Program-made: the position numbers and the translations under genes
Shown here: piece by piece, positions 40,918 through 50,917 of the stretch
How the letters are laid out: each line of letters begins with the position of its first letter
Numbering within the stretch: position 1 is the first letter of the stretch
Assembly: GCA_963727485.1 (NCBI GenBank)
Contig: CAVSGM010000002.1
Span: 576,001 to 640,000 of the forward strand
Source: an uncultured delta proteobacterium
Lineage (GTDB): Bacteria > Myxococcota > Myxococcia > SLRQ01
Direction: 5' to 3'
DNA: 64,000 bases
The notes under the pieces: generated by a model
Databases searched by the model: none
What the model was told of the DNA's origin: nothing
Seen by the model: the letters and a program-made list of their open reading frames with translations, nothing else

Positions 40918-41598
40918 CTAGTGCGACAGCCCCACCGCCACGGTGACGACCGTGTCGGGGATGCCATCCAGATGCATGAAGCTGTGTGAGACGTCGAGCT
41001 GGAGGTCGACCGCCCCCAGGTGCTCCACCGGGATCGACGCCCCCACCAGGCCCCCGGCCAGGGGGTCGAGGACCAGCAGGCCCGGCCGGACGCCCAGCCA
41101 GATGGTGGCGCGCCCGTAGGACAGCCCGAGGACCACGGGGACGTCGGCGATCGGGGCGACGGGTGGGCCACCGCCCCCCGTGTTGCAGGCGACGTGGAAG
41201 GCACAAGAGACCGCGATGTGTGAAACGGGTGCCCCGACCGCCCCCAGCTCGGCGCCCACCGAGAGCGAGAGGCGCGGGGTGCGGAGCACCTCGAAGCGCC
41301 CGTCGAGCATGAGGTCCGGGCCGCCGGACACCGAGAGGCCGAGGCTCGCCCCGTGCCCCAGGCCATAGCGGGCGGAGAGCTGGCCCCCCGGGAGGGGGCT
41401 CGGCGTGTTGGCCCCCAACCGGCCGGGCATGTCGATGCTCCCGGCGAGGGCGCCGCCGAAGCGGAAGTGCCCGGCGGGGACCGGCGTCGCCGGGTACATC
41501 AGGGGCGGGGGCATCGGGAAGCAGCCCGAGGCCCCCAGCACGAGGCAGAGCGCCGCCATGCTGGCGCCGGGCACACCGCGGGTTCCGGTCCCTCTCAT
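40918..41598 (-). CDS. Hypothetical lipoprotein, possible beta-barrel (paralog B)
   Basis: Shares LGASGC..PPPLMYP.TPVPAGH, RYG, MLDGRFEVL.TP.LSLS and VPVVLG with paralog A. Confidence 0.6.
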   Translation of the reverse strand: MRGTGTRGVPGASMAALCLVLGASGCFPMPPPLMYPATPVPAGHFRFGGALAGSIDMPGRLGANTPSPLPGGQLSARYGLGHGASLGLSVSGGPDLMLDGRFEVLRTPRLSLSVGAELGAVGAPVSHIAVSCAFHVACNTGGGGPPVAPIADVPVVLGLSYGRATIWLGVRPGLLVLDPLAGGLVGASIPVEHLGAVDLQLDVSHSFMHLDGIPDTVVTVAVGLSH

Positions 41599-41674
41599 GG
41601 CCAGGAGGCTACCACCAATCACCTAGCCCCTGTTACCCGGACCGCCTGGCCGGCGGTGCACCCGTCGCCCGGCG

Positions 41675-42952
41675 CTAGGCCTTCGCCGCAGGCGCCGGCG
41701 CGGGCTTGGGCTGCGCCTTGGCCTTCCCGTTCCCCTTGCTTTTCGGCGCCGCGGTGAAGAACGCGCCGTGGTTCAGCCGCTCCTCCAGCCGGCACGACCA
41801 CACCAGCTCGCCGTCTTGGACGGTCATGTCCGGGCACCCGTCGCACATGTTGATCGACCCGTCGGCCATCATGTCGATGGGCTGGATGACCAGCAGCGAC
41901 TGGAAGTGCAGGGGCCGGGCCGCCCGCCAGGGACGCTTGGCCACCGCGAAGCTCCACCGCCCCAGCGCCTTGCGCGTGGGCCCGTCCACCGCCGAGAACC
42001 CGAGGAGCATGCTCCGCCCGTGGGAGAGCATCTCGGGCTTGGAGTACGCCAGGTACCGGCCGGTGGCCAGGTGGTGCGCCCCCTGCACCAGCTCCATGTA
42101 CTTGGGGCCCACGTAGCCGTAGGTCCGCTCGCCGTCGCCGAGGCGGCCGGCGAGGAGCCACTTGAAGCTCTCGGGATCCACCGTGCCCCCGAGGTAGGCG
42201 CTGGGCTCGTAGTCCGGGTCCGCCTCGCGGATCTTGTCCACCACCTGCTGCGCCTTCAGGGGCTCGGGGTTCTTCTCCTGGCCGAGGTAGACCAGGTCCT
42301 CCACCTCCACCGGCTTCCCCTGGGCGAAGTAGTCGAACTCCGAGGCCCGGCTGGTGCGGAAGAGGATGAACACCATGGAGTGGACGATGTCGATGTGCTC
42401 GCCCGCCCAGCGCACCAGCGCGGGCACCTGGTCGAGCGTATGCGGGAAGATCGTCGCGTTGAAGGCCACCGAGAGGCCGCCGACCCGGGCCACCATCTCG
42501 GCGAAGCGCAGGCGCACCTCGCACAGCTCGACCTCGGTCTTCTTCTTCCAGTGGGGCCGGCCCTGGCTGGAGTCGACGTGGAAGGTGAAGCCGTGGAGCC
42601 CGGCGTCCTTGAGGGCCACCAGCAGGTCCTCGGTCAGCGCCACGCCGTTGGTGTTGATCACCGGCTTGAGGCCGTAGTCGTGGCGGATCATCCGCACGAT
42701 GTCGACGATCTCCGGGTGGATGAGCGGGTCTCCCCCGGCGATGGAGATCGAGTCCATGCGCCGGCGGCTGGTGAACACGTCGAGGTCGGCGCGCACCTGG
42801 GCCAGCGACTTGTCGCTCTTCGGGTCGTTCTTCGAGTAGCAGCCGACGCAGGCGATGTTGCAGCGCTTGGTGGGCTCGAGCCACCCGAGGACGTTGTCGG
42901 TGAGGGTCCACGGCAGGCGGTAGTACCGCTTCGGATCCAGGGCGCGTTCCAT
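41675..42952 (-). CDS. Radical SAM protein
   Basis: CNIACVGC (CxxxCxxC), GGDPLIHP, NTNG; C-terminal MCDGCPD...WSCR. Confidence 0.9.
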   Translation of the reverse strand: MERALDPKRYYRLPWTLTDNVLGWLEPTKRCNIACVGCYSKNDPKSDKSLAQVRADLDVFTSRRRMDSISIAGGDPLIHPEIVDIVRMIRHDYGLKPVINTNGVALTEDLLVALKDAGLHGFTFHVDSSQGRPHWKKKTEVELCEVRLRFAEMVARVGGLSVAFNATIFPHTLDQVPALVRWAGEHIDIVHSMVFILFRTSRASEFDYFAQGKPVEVEDLVYLGQEKNPEPLKAQQVVDKIREADPDYEPSAYLGGTVDPESFKWLLAGRLGDGERTYGYVGPKYMELVQGAHHLATGRYLAYSKPEMLSHGRSMLLGFSAVDGPTRKALGRWSFAVAKRPWRAARPLHFQSLLVIQPIDMMADGSINMCDGCPDMTVQDGELVWSCRLEERLNHGAFFTAAPKSKGNGKAKAQPKPAPAPAAKA

Positions 42953-43074
42953 GACCAATCCCCCCCAAGGGAAACGGGGGCCACGAAGGCCCCCGGTACG
43001 GGTTCGGGCCGAGACACTGGGCCTCGGGATCGGTCCTGGCGATGATCTGGATCAGGACTCGGAGCGCAATCTCC

Positions 43075-43929
43075 CTAGGACGCCAAGCGCTGCGCCTCGA
43101 GCTCCCGGAGCTTGCGGAACCGGAAGGCTCCCCAGAGCGCCGCCCCGATGGCCCCGGCGTAGGTGGCCTCGGGGTGGGTGACGATCTCCAGGTGGTGCTT
43201 GGTGTCCCCGGCCACCGACTCCGCGAAGGTGTCGATGAGCCCCTGGTCCTGGGAGAGCCCACCGGTCACCAGCACCCGCCCCTCGGCGCCGATGGCCTTG
43301 AGGAGCTTGGACAGGCGCCCGGCCATGGAGTCGTGGATGCCCTTGAGGATGTCCGGCGTCGCCACCCCGCGGCTGACCATGTTGATGACGTCGGTCTCCG
43401 CGAGCACCGCGCACACCCCGCTCGGGGCCTCGGGCTCGGTGGCCTGCGCCGAGAGCCCGCCGATCTCCTCGAGGGTGACGCCGAGGTAGCGGGCGATGTT
43501 CTCCAGGAACTGCCCGGTCCCCGAGGCGCACTGGCTGGTCATCCTCTGGGCCAGGACCTTGCCCCGGGCGTCGATGCGCATCGCCCGGCCGTGGAGCGCG
43601 CCCACGTCGGCGACCGCCCGGGCCTCCGGGTCCAGGTAGATGGCCCCCCGGGCGTGGGTGGTCATGGAGTAGAAGTGCCCGGTGCGAAACGGCACCCGGT
43701 CGCCCTCGCCGGTGGTGGCCACGTAGGCGAGGTCGTCCTTCGCCATCCCCAGCTCGGCCAGCGCGGCCTCGAAGGCGCGCTCGGCCAGCTCGATGGGGTC
43801 GCGACGGCGGATGCGGTCCGCCCGGCGCCAGAGGAGGGTCGCCTCGCCGTCGTCGGGGACCGCGAAGACCACCGTCTTCACCATCCCCGTGCCGACGTCG
43901 ACGCCCGCGGTGTGGAGGATCTCGCTCAT
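43075..43929 (-). CDS. bcrD: Benzoyl-CoA reductase subunit D (ATPase, BadG)
   Basis: [59 protein letters not shown]. Confidence 0.92.
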   Translation of the reverse strand: MSEILHTAGVDVGTGMVKTVVFAVPDDGEATLLWRRADRIRRRDPIELAERAFEAALAELGMAKDDLAYVATTGEGDRVPFRTGHFYSMTTHARGAIYLDPEARAVADVGALHGRAMRIDARGKVLAQRMTSQCASGTGQFLENIARYLGVTLEEIGGLSAQATEPEAPSGVCAVLAETDVINMVSRGVATPDILKGIHDSMAGRLSKLLKAIGAEGRVLVTGGLSQDQGLIDTFAESVAGDTKHHLEIVTHPEATYAGAIGAALWGAFRFRKLRELEAQRLAS

Positions 43930-45252
43930 GCCGCCTTCTCCCCTTCGAGGACCGTCCGGCGGGCGAAGGTCGCCGCGCCGAGGGCCCCGGTGTAGATGGA
44001 GTCCGACGCGATGTTCATCTTCCGCGCGCCGTAGTTCTCCTCGATGAGCTGCGCCAGCGCCGCCACCGCGGCCTCGTTCTTCGCCACCCCGCCGGTCCAG
44101 GTGAACTCGTCGAACACCCCGCCCGACCGCGAGATCAGCGCCAGGGCCCGGAGCACGATGGCCCGGTGCAGCCCGGCGAGCACGTCCTCGCGCTTCTCGC
44201 CCATGGACAGCCGGTCCCGGAGCTCGGCGCCGGCGAAGACCGTGCAGGTGGAGTTGATCTCTGATCTTGCGCTTGGCCTGCATCGCCAGGGGCCCGAGCT
44301 GGTGGAGGCCGAGCTGCATCTCGTCGGCGATGTAGCCCAGGTAGCGTCCGGAGCCGGCGGCGCAGCGGTCGTTCATCTGGAAGCTCTCGACGATGCCGTC
44401 GCCGTCGACCTGGATCGCCTTGGTGTCCTGGCCGCCGATGTCGAGGACGGTGCGGGTGCCGGGGAACATGATGTGCGCCCCGAGCCCGTGGCAGAGGATC
44501 TCCGAGCGGATGTGCTCCTTGGAGAAGGGCAGCCGCGCCCGGCCGTAGCCCGTGCCCACCACGTAGACCACGTCCACGGGGGTGGCGAGGCTCTCCTCCA
44601 CCAGGCCCCGGAGCACCTGGGCCTCGCCCGCCAGGTCCGCCTCCCCGCGCACCGTCCGGTCGAGGGCCCGCTTCAGCATCGACTCGATGCCCTCCTCCTC
44701 GAGGCGGTTCTCCACCTCGATGATGGCCCGGTCGAAGATGTTGAGCAGCGGGTCGACCTCGACGCCCGCCTCCCGGCTCACCGCCTCGGCGTACTCCAGG
44801 TAGAGGGCGCCGGCGATGTCGCGGAAGAAGTCGGAGCGCTTCTCCGCCCCGGGCTCGAAGAGCTTCGGCGCCTGGGCCCGGATGCGCGAGAACACCTCGG
44901 TCATCGCCGGGGACAGGGCGTCCTTTCGGGGCTTGAGCAGCGGGGTGTCGAGCTTGGCGTGGCTGATGGCCTCGAGGGCCTCGAGGTCATTGGCGAATTG
45001 CTCGTAGCGAAACGCCCGCTCCACCGACTCGAGGAACCGGGCGTGGTCGGTCCCGGTGCCCGTCGCCGAGAGCGCCCGGCCGAGGAGCGCCAGGCGCACG
45101 TCCACGTGGGCCTCGCGCTGGGCGACCTTGGCCGCGGTGTCGTAGTTGGACCGGGAGTTGGTGATCCCGCGCCCGACGATCTCCCCGTCCTCGTCGAGGA
45201 TCAGGGCCTTGGTGGTCGTCGACCCCAGGTCGACGCCGACGTAGCACCTCAT
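43926..45252 (-). CDS. bcrA: Benzoyl-CoA reductase subunit A (BadF); frameshift near 44260
   Basis: [57 protein letters not shown]. Confidence 0.92.
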
Positions 45253-46517
45253 GATGCCTCCCTCACGCCGTGGCGCTTCTGCTCGATCATCTGGAGGTAG
45301 CTCTCCAGGCGGTTCTTCACGTTGGACGCGGAGAAGTACCGGGGGTCCACCAGGTCGGTCTCGATGAACGCCCCGGGGCGCCCGGTGCGGGTCTCCAGCT
45401 CCCGGAGCATCAAGAGCTGCCCGGCGGAGAAGGAGTTGCACGACTTCACCGAGTTGATGAGGAAGCCGTCGGCCTCGTAGTCCTCGATGTACTTCTGGAT
45501 GTAGTTCACCCGGGCCGGCAGCCCGAGGTTGGTGTAGCAACCCAGGCAGTAGTCGGCCAGCGTCTCAAGGGGGTGGTCGGGGTCGTGGCGGAAGCCGGTG
45601 TCGTAGACCCCGCCGACCTTGGTGTAGGTCGAGGCCACGGACACCGCGCCCTCGTCGGCGAGCATCGACCAGAACTCCCGGAAGCTGGTCCAGTTGGGCG
45701 GCCCCTCGACCACCAGGCGATACCGCTCCTCGGTGACCTCGCCCGACGGGGTCATGGGCCCCCGACCCTCCTTGACCCGCTGGTCCACCTCGCCCCGGAG
45801 CATCTGGTAGTAGTCCACCGCGTCCTGGGTGCCCCGGAAGGCGGTGAAGATGGGGCCGATGTAGTAGACGCCGCCGAAGTAGCCGTCGATGGGGCTGGGG
45901 CGGTGCTTCGCCTGCTCGAAGACGTAGACCAGGTCGTCCTCGGCCTTCGCCGAGAGGGCCAGCTGCTCCCGGAGCTTGTCGATGTCGAAGGCGATGCCGG
46001 TGACGCGCTCCAGCGCCGGGATCACCGTCTCCTTGAGCTGCTTGACCACGTAGCGGCGCATCTCCTCGGTGATCTTCCCGTCCGGCTGGTAGGGGACGTG
46101 GAGCATCACCGCTTCGGTCTTGTAGTGGTCACGCAGCAGCTCGAACCACTTCATGAAGGTGAAGCAGCCCGTGTACGAGAGCAGCAGCAGGTCCGGCCGG
46201 GGGATGGAAAGCCCCGTGGGCCCCTCGGAGCCCTGGAGCACCATCCCGATGTCGCTCTTCACGTAGGCGCAGACGTCCTCGGAGTAGCCGGCGTTCTCGG
46301 CCTCCTTGATGAAGGCCCGGGACTTCTGGCGCATCCCCGACTGCAGGGCGTTGATCTCCGGGAGGTTCGGCACCACGTCGAAGCAGCGCATCAGCTCGAT
46401 GAGGTTTCCGGGGACGAAGGTGCTCACCACCTTCCGGCCGGTCTCCGGGGCCTTGGACAGCGCCTCGTAGTGGCTGGAGATGAGCTCCTTCTGGCGAATC
46501 ATCGATTGGTCTTTCAT
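45249..46517 (-). CDS. bcrB: Benzoyl-CoA reductase subunit B (BadE)
   Basis: TFVPGNL, EDVCAYVK, YTGCFTFMKWFE, YYIGP, CLGCYTN, KSCNSFSAGQ, ETDLVDPRY. Confidence 0.93.
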   Translation of the reverse strand: MKDQSMIRQKELISSHYEALSKAPETGRKVVSTFVPGNLIELMRCFDVVPNLPEINALQSGMRQKSRAFIKEAENAGYSEDVCAYVKSDIGMVLQGSEGPTGLSIPRPDLLLLSYTGCFTFMKWFELLRDHYKTEAVMLHVPYQPDGKITEEMRRYVVKQLKETVIPALERVTGIAFDIDKLREQLALSAKAEDDLVYVFEQAKHRPSPIDGYFGGVYYIGPIFTAFRGTQDAVDYYQMLRGEVDQRVKEGRGPMTPSGEVTEERYRLVVEGPPNWTSFREFWSMLADEGAVSVASTYTKVGGVYDTGFRHDPDHPLETLADYCLGCYTNLGLPARVNYIQKYIEDYEADGFLINSVKSCNSFSAGQLLMLRELETRTGRPGAFIETDLVDPRYFSASNVKNRLESYLQMIEQKRHGVREAS

Positions 46518-47680
46518 GCTTCCCCCCAGAGCTTGATGGCGTCGGCGAAGGTGCCGGCCTGCTCGCGGATGGACTGCATCTGTCCCGAGTTCTCGGCGTA
46601 CTTGAACGCCGTGTGGCTGACGCCCGCCTCGTCGAGGCGCTTCTGGAGCATCGGCCGGTCGAGGAGCGCCGGATCGCAGAAGCTCGGCGCGATGAAGATG
46701 ACCCCCTCGGCGTGGAGGTCCTTGGCCTTCTTGGCGAGCCAGGCGCCGCTCTCCTCCTTGTCCTCGTAGCGCGAGGAGGTGTGGCTCGAGTGGTGGAGGA
46801 ACGCGGAGGCGAGGTTCTGGATGGGGTCGCCCTCGGTGGGTACGTCCTCGGTGAGCCAGCGGCTCACCAGCATCCAGTCGTCGTCGACCACCGCGCACCC
46901 GGCGCGCTCCAGGGTCCGCACCAGGCCCAGCGGCGGCTGCTCGCAGAAGGCGCCGGCGAGGATCACCCGGGCGTTGTCGAGCATCGGCCGCTCGGCGTGG
47001 CGCAGGGCGTGGAGGTAGTCCTGGAGGAGCTTGGTGTGGGCCTCCACCGGGAGCACCATCCCCGCGCGCAGGAGCAGGTAGGCCTCGGAGGTGGGCACCA
47101 TCCACGGGGTCTCGGCGCGCACCTGGTAGAGCCTGCGGACCAGGCGCCGGTTCTCGTTGTAGAGGGCGATGGACTCCTTGAGGGCGTCGTCGCTGATGGG
47201 GTGGCCCGAAAGCTCGCCGAGGTCGTTCCGGAGCTTGGCCAGCTCCCCGGCGTAGAACTCGCCGCCCACGTCGTCCTGGTAGTTCTGGGGGACGTCGAAG
47301 TAGCGGACGAACTTGTCCTTGAACAGCATCTGCCACATCCCCGAGAGGTTGCGGATGACGTCGCAGATGGAGGGGAAGATCATCCCGTCGAGGCTGTCGA
47401 GGCGCCCCGAGAGCCCCAGCTCGATGGTCGACCGGGGGATTCTGCAGATGTAGCTCTGGAAGTAGGCGTCGCCGCGGATGACCTCGAGGTCGTCGCCGCC
47501 CCCGAGGACGCCCACCGGGAGCATCCCGGCGGCGTGGATCAGCTCGCGGGGGACGTAGACGGGCATGAAGCCGATGGCCTTGGCGCCGGGGCGCGCGGCC
47601 TTCCACTCCTTGACCGGGGTGAAGTCGAGGTCGTGGTAGAGGACCTCGCACCGTTCGACGATGGACTCGATCTCGCTCAT
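46514..47680 (-). CDS. bcrC: Benzoyl-CoA reductase subunit C (BadD)
   Basis: PRELIHAAG, GDAYFQSYIC, PSICDVIRNLSG, FCEQPPL, SFCDPAL. Confidence 0.93.
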   Translation of the reverse strand: MSEIESIVERCEVLYHDLDFTPVKEWKAARPGAKAIGFMPVYVPRELIHAAGMLPVGVLGGGDDLEVIRGDAYFQSYICRIPRSTIELGLSGRLDSLDGMIFPSICDVIRNLSGMWQMLFKDKFVRYFDVPQNYQDDVGGEFYAGELAKLRNDLGELSGHPISDDALKESIALYNENRRLVRRLYQVRAETPWMVPTSEAYLLLRAGMVLPVEAHTKLLQDYLHALRHAERPMLDNARVILAGAFCEQPPLGLVRTLERAGCAVVDDDWMLVSRWLTEDVPTEGDPIQNLASAFLHHSSHTSSRYEDKEESGAWLAKKAKDLHAEGVIFIAPSFCDPALLDRPMLQKRLDEAGVSHTAFKYAENSGQMQSIREQAGTFADAIKLWGEA

Positions 47681-48441
47681 CGGTCGCTCCAGTTGGGTTG
47701 GCGCTTGCCGATGAAGGCGTTCAGGCCCTCCACCGGATCCTCGCCGGACATCAGGGTGTCGAGATAGAGGCGCTCCACCTTGGGGAGGGCCTCGGCGAAT
47801 CGGGCGCGGAGCACCGAGCGCGCGGCCTCGAGGGCCAGGCGCAGGGCAAAGGCGCTCTTGTCCAGGAGCCGCGCCTCGGCGAAGGCCACCGCCGCCGCCT
47901 CGGGCTCCTCGGTGACCTCGTCCACCAGCCCCAAGGCCAGCGCCGCCTGGGCCTCGACGGTCCGCCCGGATAGCAGCAGGTCCTCGGCGTGCGCCTGCCC
48001 CACCCTCGCGGGCAGCAGCAGGGAGGCCACCGGGGCGAAGACCGCCAGCTGGATCTCCGGCTGGCCGAGCACCGCGTTCGGCGCGGCGAAGATCCGGGTC
48101 GCCGGGAGCACCAGCTCCAGGCCGCCCCCGAGGCACCGGCCGCCCACCGCCGCGAGGAGCGGCACCGGGAGGTCCACCAGCCGCCGGCACACCCGGTGGA
48201 AGGCGGGGATCATGGTCTCCACCTCGCCGGGGAGGTGCTCGGGGACGCTGGCGCCGTAGGAGAAGTGCTTGCCGGTGTGACCCAGCACCACCGCCCGCAG
48301 CCGGGTGTCCTCGGCGGCCTCCGAGAGCGCCGCGTCGAGGGCGCCGAGGAGGGACCGGTCGAGGACGTTGCCCGGCGGCGAATCGAGCCGGAGGTGGAGC
48401 ACCTTCCCGTCGTGGGTGCGCTCGGTGACCAGCGCGCCCAT
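47677..48441 (-). CDS. dch: Cyclohexa-1,5-diene-1-carbonyl-CoA hydratase
   Basis: Crotonase motifs HFSYGASVPEH, CLGGGLE, GQPEI.LAVFAP, ERLYL..LM; position in the operon. Confidence 0.88.
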   Translation of the reverse strand: MGALVTERTHDGKVLHLRLDSPPGNVLDRSLLGALDAALSEAAEDTRLRAVVLGHTGKHFSYGASVPEHLPGEVETMIPAFHRVCRRLVDLPVPLLAAVGGRCLGGGLELVLPATRIFAAPNAVLGQPEIQLAVFAPVASLLLPARVGQAHAEDLLLSGRTVEAQAALALGLVDEVTEEPEAAAVAFAEARLLDKSAFALRLALEAARSVLRARFAEALPKVERLYLDTLMSGEDPVEGLNAFIGKRQPNWSDR

Positions 48442-49536
48442 CACTTCTTCCCGGGGAGGATGCGGCCCAAGAGGGCGTCGGTCCAGGGCTCACCCTCGGC
48501 CAGCGCCCGCCGCAGGGCGATGAAGTCGGCGTCGCGGTCGCCCTTGGGGCCCTCGTTGAAGGCGCGGAACCCGGCGCGCGCCTCGGTCATCATGTTGAGG
48601 CCGAGCCAGTCGCGGCTCGACTCCTTGTTGCGCTCCCAGTGCTCCAGCTTCTTCTTGCGCACCTCGTGGATGGTCTTGGTGAGGCAGTCGGGGAAGGTGT
48701 AGAGCATCTTGGTCACCAGCTCGTCGACCTTGTCGTCGAGGGCCTCGAGGGTCACCGTGCCCCGCTTGAGCAGGGCCTTGCCCTCGGCCAGGGCGTCGCC
48801 GGTCTTGGGCTCGCCGTAGACGACGCGGCCGGTCGCCGGGTCCACCCAGTGGTCGGTGATGACCGTGGGGTTGGGGATGAGCTTCCCGTCGACCTCGAGG
48901 GCGGGGACCACGTCGGTGAGCAGGCCCAGGCGCATCGACTTGTGCGCCGACCAGTGGTCACAGAGGGTCGCCGACTCCATGGCGTGCTCGATGCCGAGGA
49001 AGAGGTGGAGGAAGTCGGTGGAGCCGCCCACCGGCGCCGAGCCGTGGCGGGGGCCGGCCTGGCCGAAGCGCGCCAGGTCCTGGGCCACCGAGAAGTCGCA
49101 GGCCATGCCGATCTCCTGGCCGCCGGCGACGCGCATCCCGTTCACCCGGCAGATCACCGGCTTGTCGCAGGCGAGGATGCCCGAGACCATGTCGTTGAAC
49201 AGGCGCATGTACTGCCGGTACTCCTGGGGGTTGCCGGCGTAGTACTCGGCGTACTCCTTGGTGTTGCCGCCGGTGCAAAACGCCTTGTCGCCCGACGGCG
49301 GTGAACACGGTGGCCACCACGTCGCGGCTGTTGGAGGCCTTGCGGAAGGCGAGGATGGTCTGCTTGACCATCTCGGTGGTGTAGGAGTTGAACTGGCTCG
49401 GGTTGTCGAAGGTGATCCAGGCGGTGTAGAGGCCCTCGACGAGGTTGCCGTCACGGTCCTTGACGGGCTTCTTCTCGAAGTGGACGCCGGCGTCTTCCTG
49501 GAAGGGTGCGAGGTCGTGGTTCTTGAGCTCAGGCAC
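48441..49536 (-). CDS. oah: 6-oxocyclohex-1-ene-1-carbonyl-CoA hydrolase; frameshift near 49295
   Basis: LKNHDL, DNPSQFNSYTT, FCTGGNTKEYAEYYAGNPQEYRQYMRLFN, GPRHGSAP, LNMMTEA. Confidence 0.92.
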
Positions 49537-50638
49537 GATGGGCCTCCGAATCCGGGCCAGGGACGATGACCGGTCGCCTGGCCTCCTGGTGGTCACGAAC
49601 GCGCTCCAGGACCCGGTTCAGCTCGGTGTCGGGGTAGCGCGAGACGAAGGGACGAATCTCGATCTTGCCGTCGAGGATCAGCTGCAGCACCTCGGGGTAG
49701 CGCTCGGGGACGCAGCCCCAGCTCCCGATGGCCCGGGCGTCGTGGGCCATGAGGTTGGAGAGGCGCACCTCGATCTTCTCCATGGTGAAGCCCACGACCG
49801 AGAGCACGGCGCCGGGGCCCAGCAGGCTGTAGGCGGTGCGCTGGCCGGCGCCGGTGCCGGAGCACTCGAAGATCTTGCGCTCGATGGACCGGGCGAAGGC
49901 GGCCTCGCCGAGGCGGGTGACCTCCTTGCGCAGGGCCTTGGGGTCGAGGGCGACGGGGTCGAGGGTGCCGGCGTCGCACCAGCGGGCCATGGCGTCCCGG
50001 CGCCCGGGGTCGGGCTCGATGCCCAGGACGTGGGCGCCCAGCGCCTTGGCGATCTGCGCCGCGTAGCCGCCGACGCCGCCGAGGCCGACGACGATGGCGA
50101 GGTCGCCCTCCTCGATGCCCGCGCGGACCGCCGCCTGGTAGGGGGTGGTGATGGCGTCGGCCATCACGCAGAGCTCGGCGAGGGTGAGGTCGGTGTCGCC
50201 GACGGTGGCGTCCGGGCCTTCGCCCTTCACCGGGACCACGCAGAGCCCCGTCGCCGGGACCACCAGGTGGCTCCCGAAGCCGCCGTGGCGGTCGTTCCCG
50301 GGCATCTGCTGCTTCGCGCAGATGTTGCCGTGGCCCTTCCGGCACGCCTCGCACTCCCCGCAGGGGACGACCGCGGGGACGACGACGGCCTTGCCGACGA
50401 GATCCCGGTGCCCCTCGCCGGCGTCGACCACGTAGCCGCTCACCTCGTGGCCGAGGGCCAGGGGCAGCGGGTGGCGGGTGCGCACGCCGCCATAGAGGAA
50501 GCCGATGTCCGTGTGGCAGACCCCGCAGCCGGCGACCTTCACCACCGCCTCGTCGGGCCCCGGCTTCGGGAGGTCGATCTCGACCCTCGTGAGCGGGGTG
50601 TCGGGTGCGGTCATCTGCCACTGCCAGGCGCGGGACAT
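49529..50638 (-). CDS. had: 6-hydroxycyclohex-1-ene-1-carbonyl-CoA dehydrogenase
   Basis: GCGVCHTD.GF...VRTRH.LPLALGHE, MPGND, ADAITTPYQA, IFECSG, RLSNLMA. Confidence 0.9.
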   Translation of the reverse strand: MSRAWQWQMTAPDTPLTRVEIDLPKPGPDEAVVKVAGCGVCHTDIGFLYGGVRTRHPLPLALGHEVSGYVVDAGEGHRDLVGKAVVVPAVVPCGECEACRKGHGNICAKQQMPGNDRHGGFGSHLVVPATGLCVVPVKGEGPDATVGDTDLTLAELCVMADAITTPYQAAVRAGIEEGDLAIVVGLGGVGGYAAQIAKALGAHVLGIEPDPGRRDAMARWCDAGTLDPVALDPKALRKEVTRLGEAAFARSIERKIFECSGTGAGQRTAYSLLGPGAVLSVVGFTMEKIEVRLSNLMAHDARAIGSWGCVPERYPEVLQLILDGKIEIRPFVSRYPDTELNRVLERVRDHQEARRPVIVPGPDSEAHRA

Positions 50639-50734
50639 CGGGGGGCCTCCGGGGCTCATGCGCTATAATTCCTCTACCTCAAGATCCGGACGAGCCTCGC
50701 TTTCTGCAATTCCGGGGCCTTGCCTATTCACGAT

Positions 50735-50750
50735 ACGCAATAAAATGCAT
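50735..50750. promoter_or_regulatory. Candidate operator (ACGCA-N6-TGCAT) upstream of the had-oah-dch-bcr operon
   Basis: Near-palindrome ACGCAATAAAATGCAT in an AT-rich stretch; TGCA repeats are associated with BzdR/BoxR-type regulators. Confidence 0.4.
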
Positions 50751-50917
50751 CGTCTGTGACATCTCGCACGGTTGGCGGATCGGGCCGCGGGCCGCGAACG
50801 CAGGAATCGCGTGGACGCCATGCATTGGCTGCGTTCAGACGCAGCAGGTGCATGGGCCCCATGAGCGGCGCTCAGCGCCGGCCCGGTGCCGGGAAGGTCC
50901 CCAGGGCCCGGCGTCCG

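Noticed and set aside
43075..45540. Apparent BcrA-BcrD fusion
   Set aside because: The frameshift near 44260 joins the frames; the true BcrA C-terminus ends at 43926 and BcrD has its own RBS and ATG
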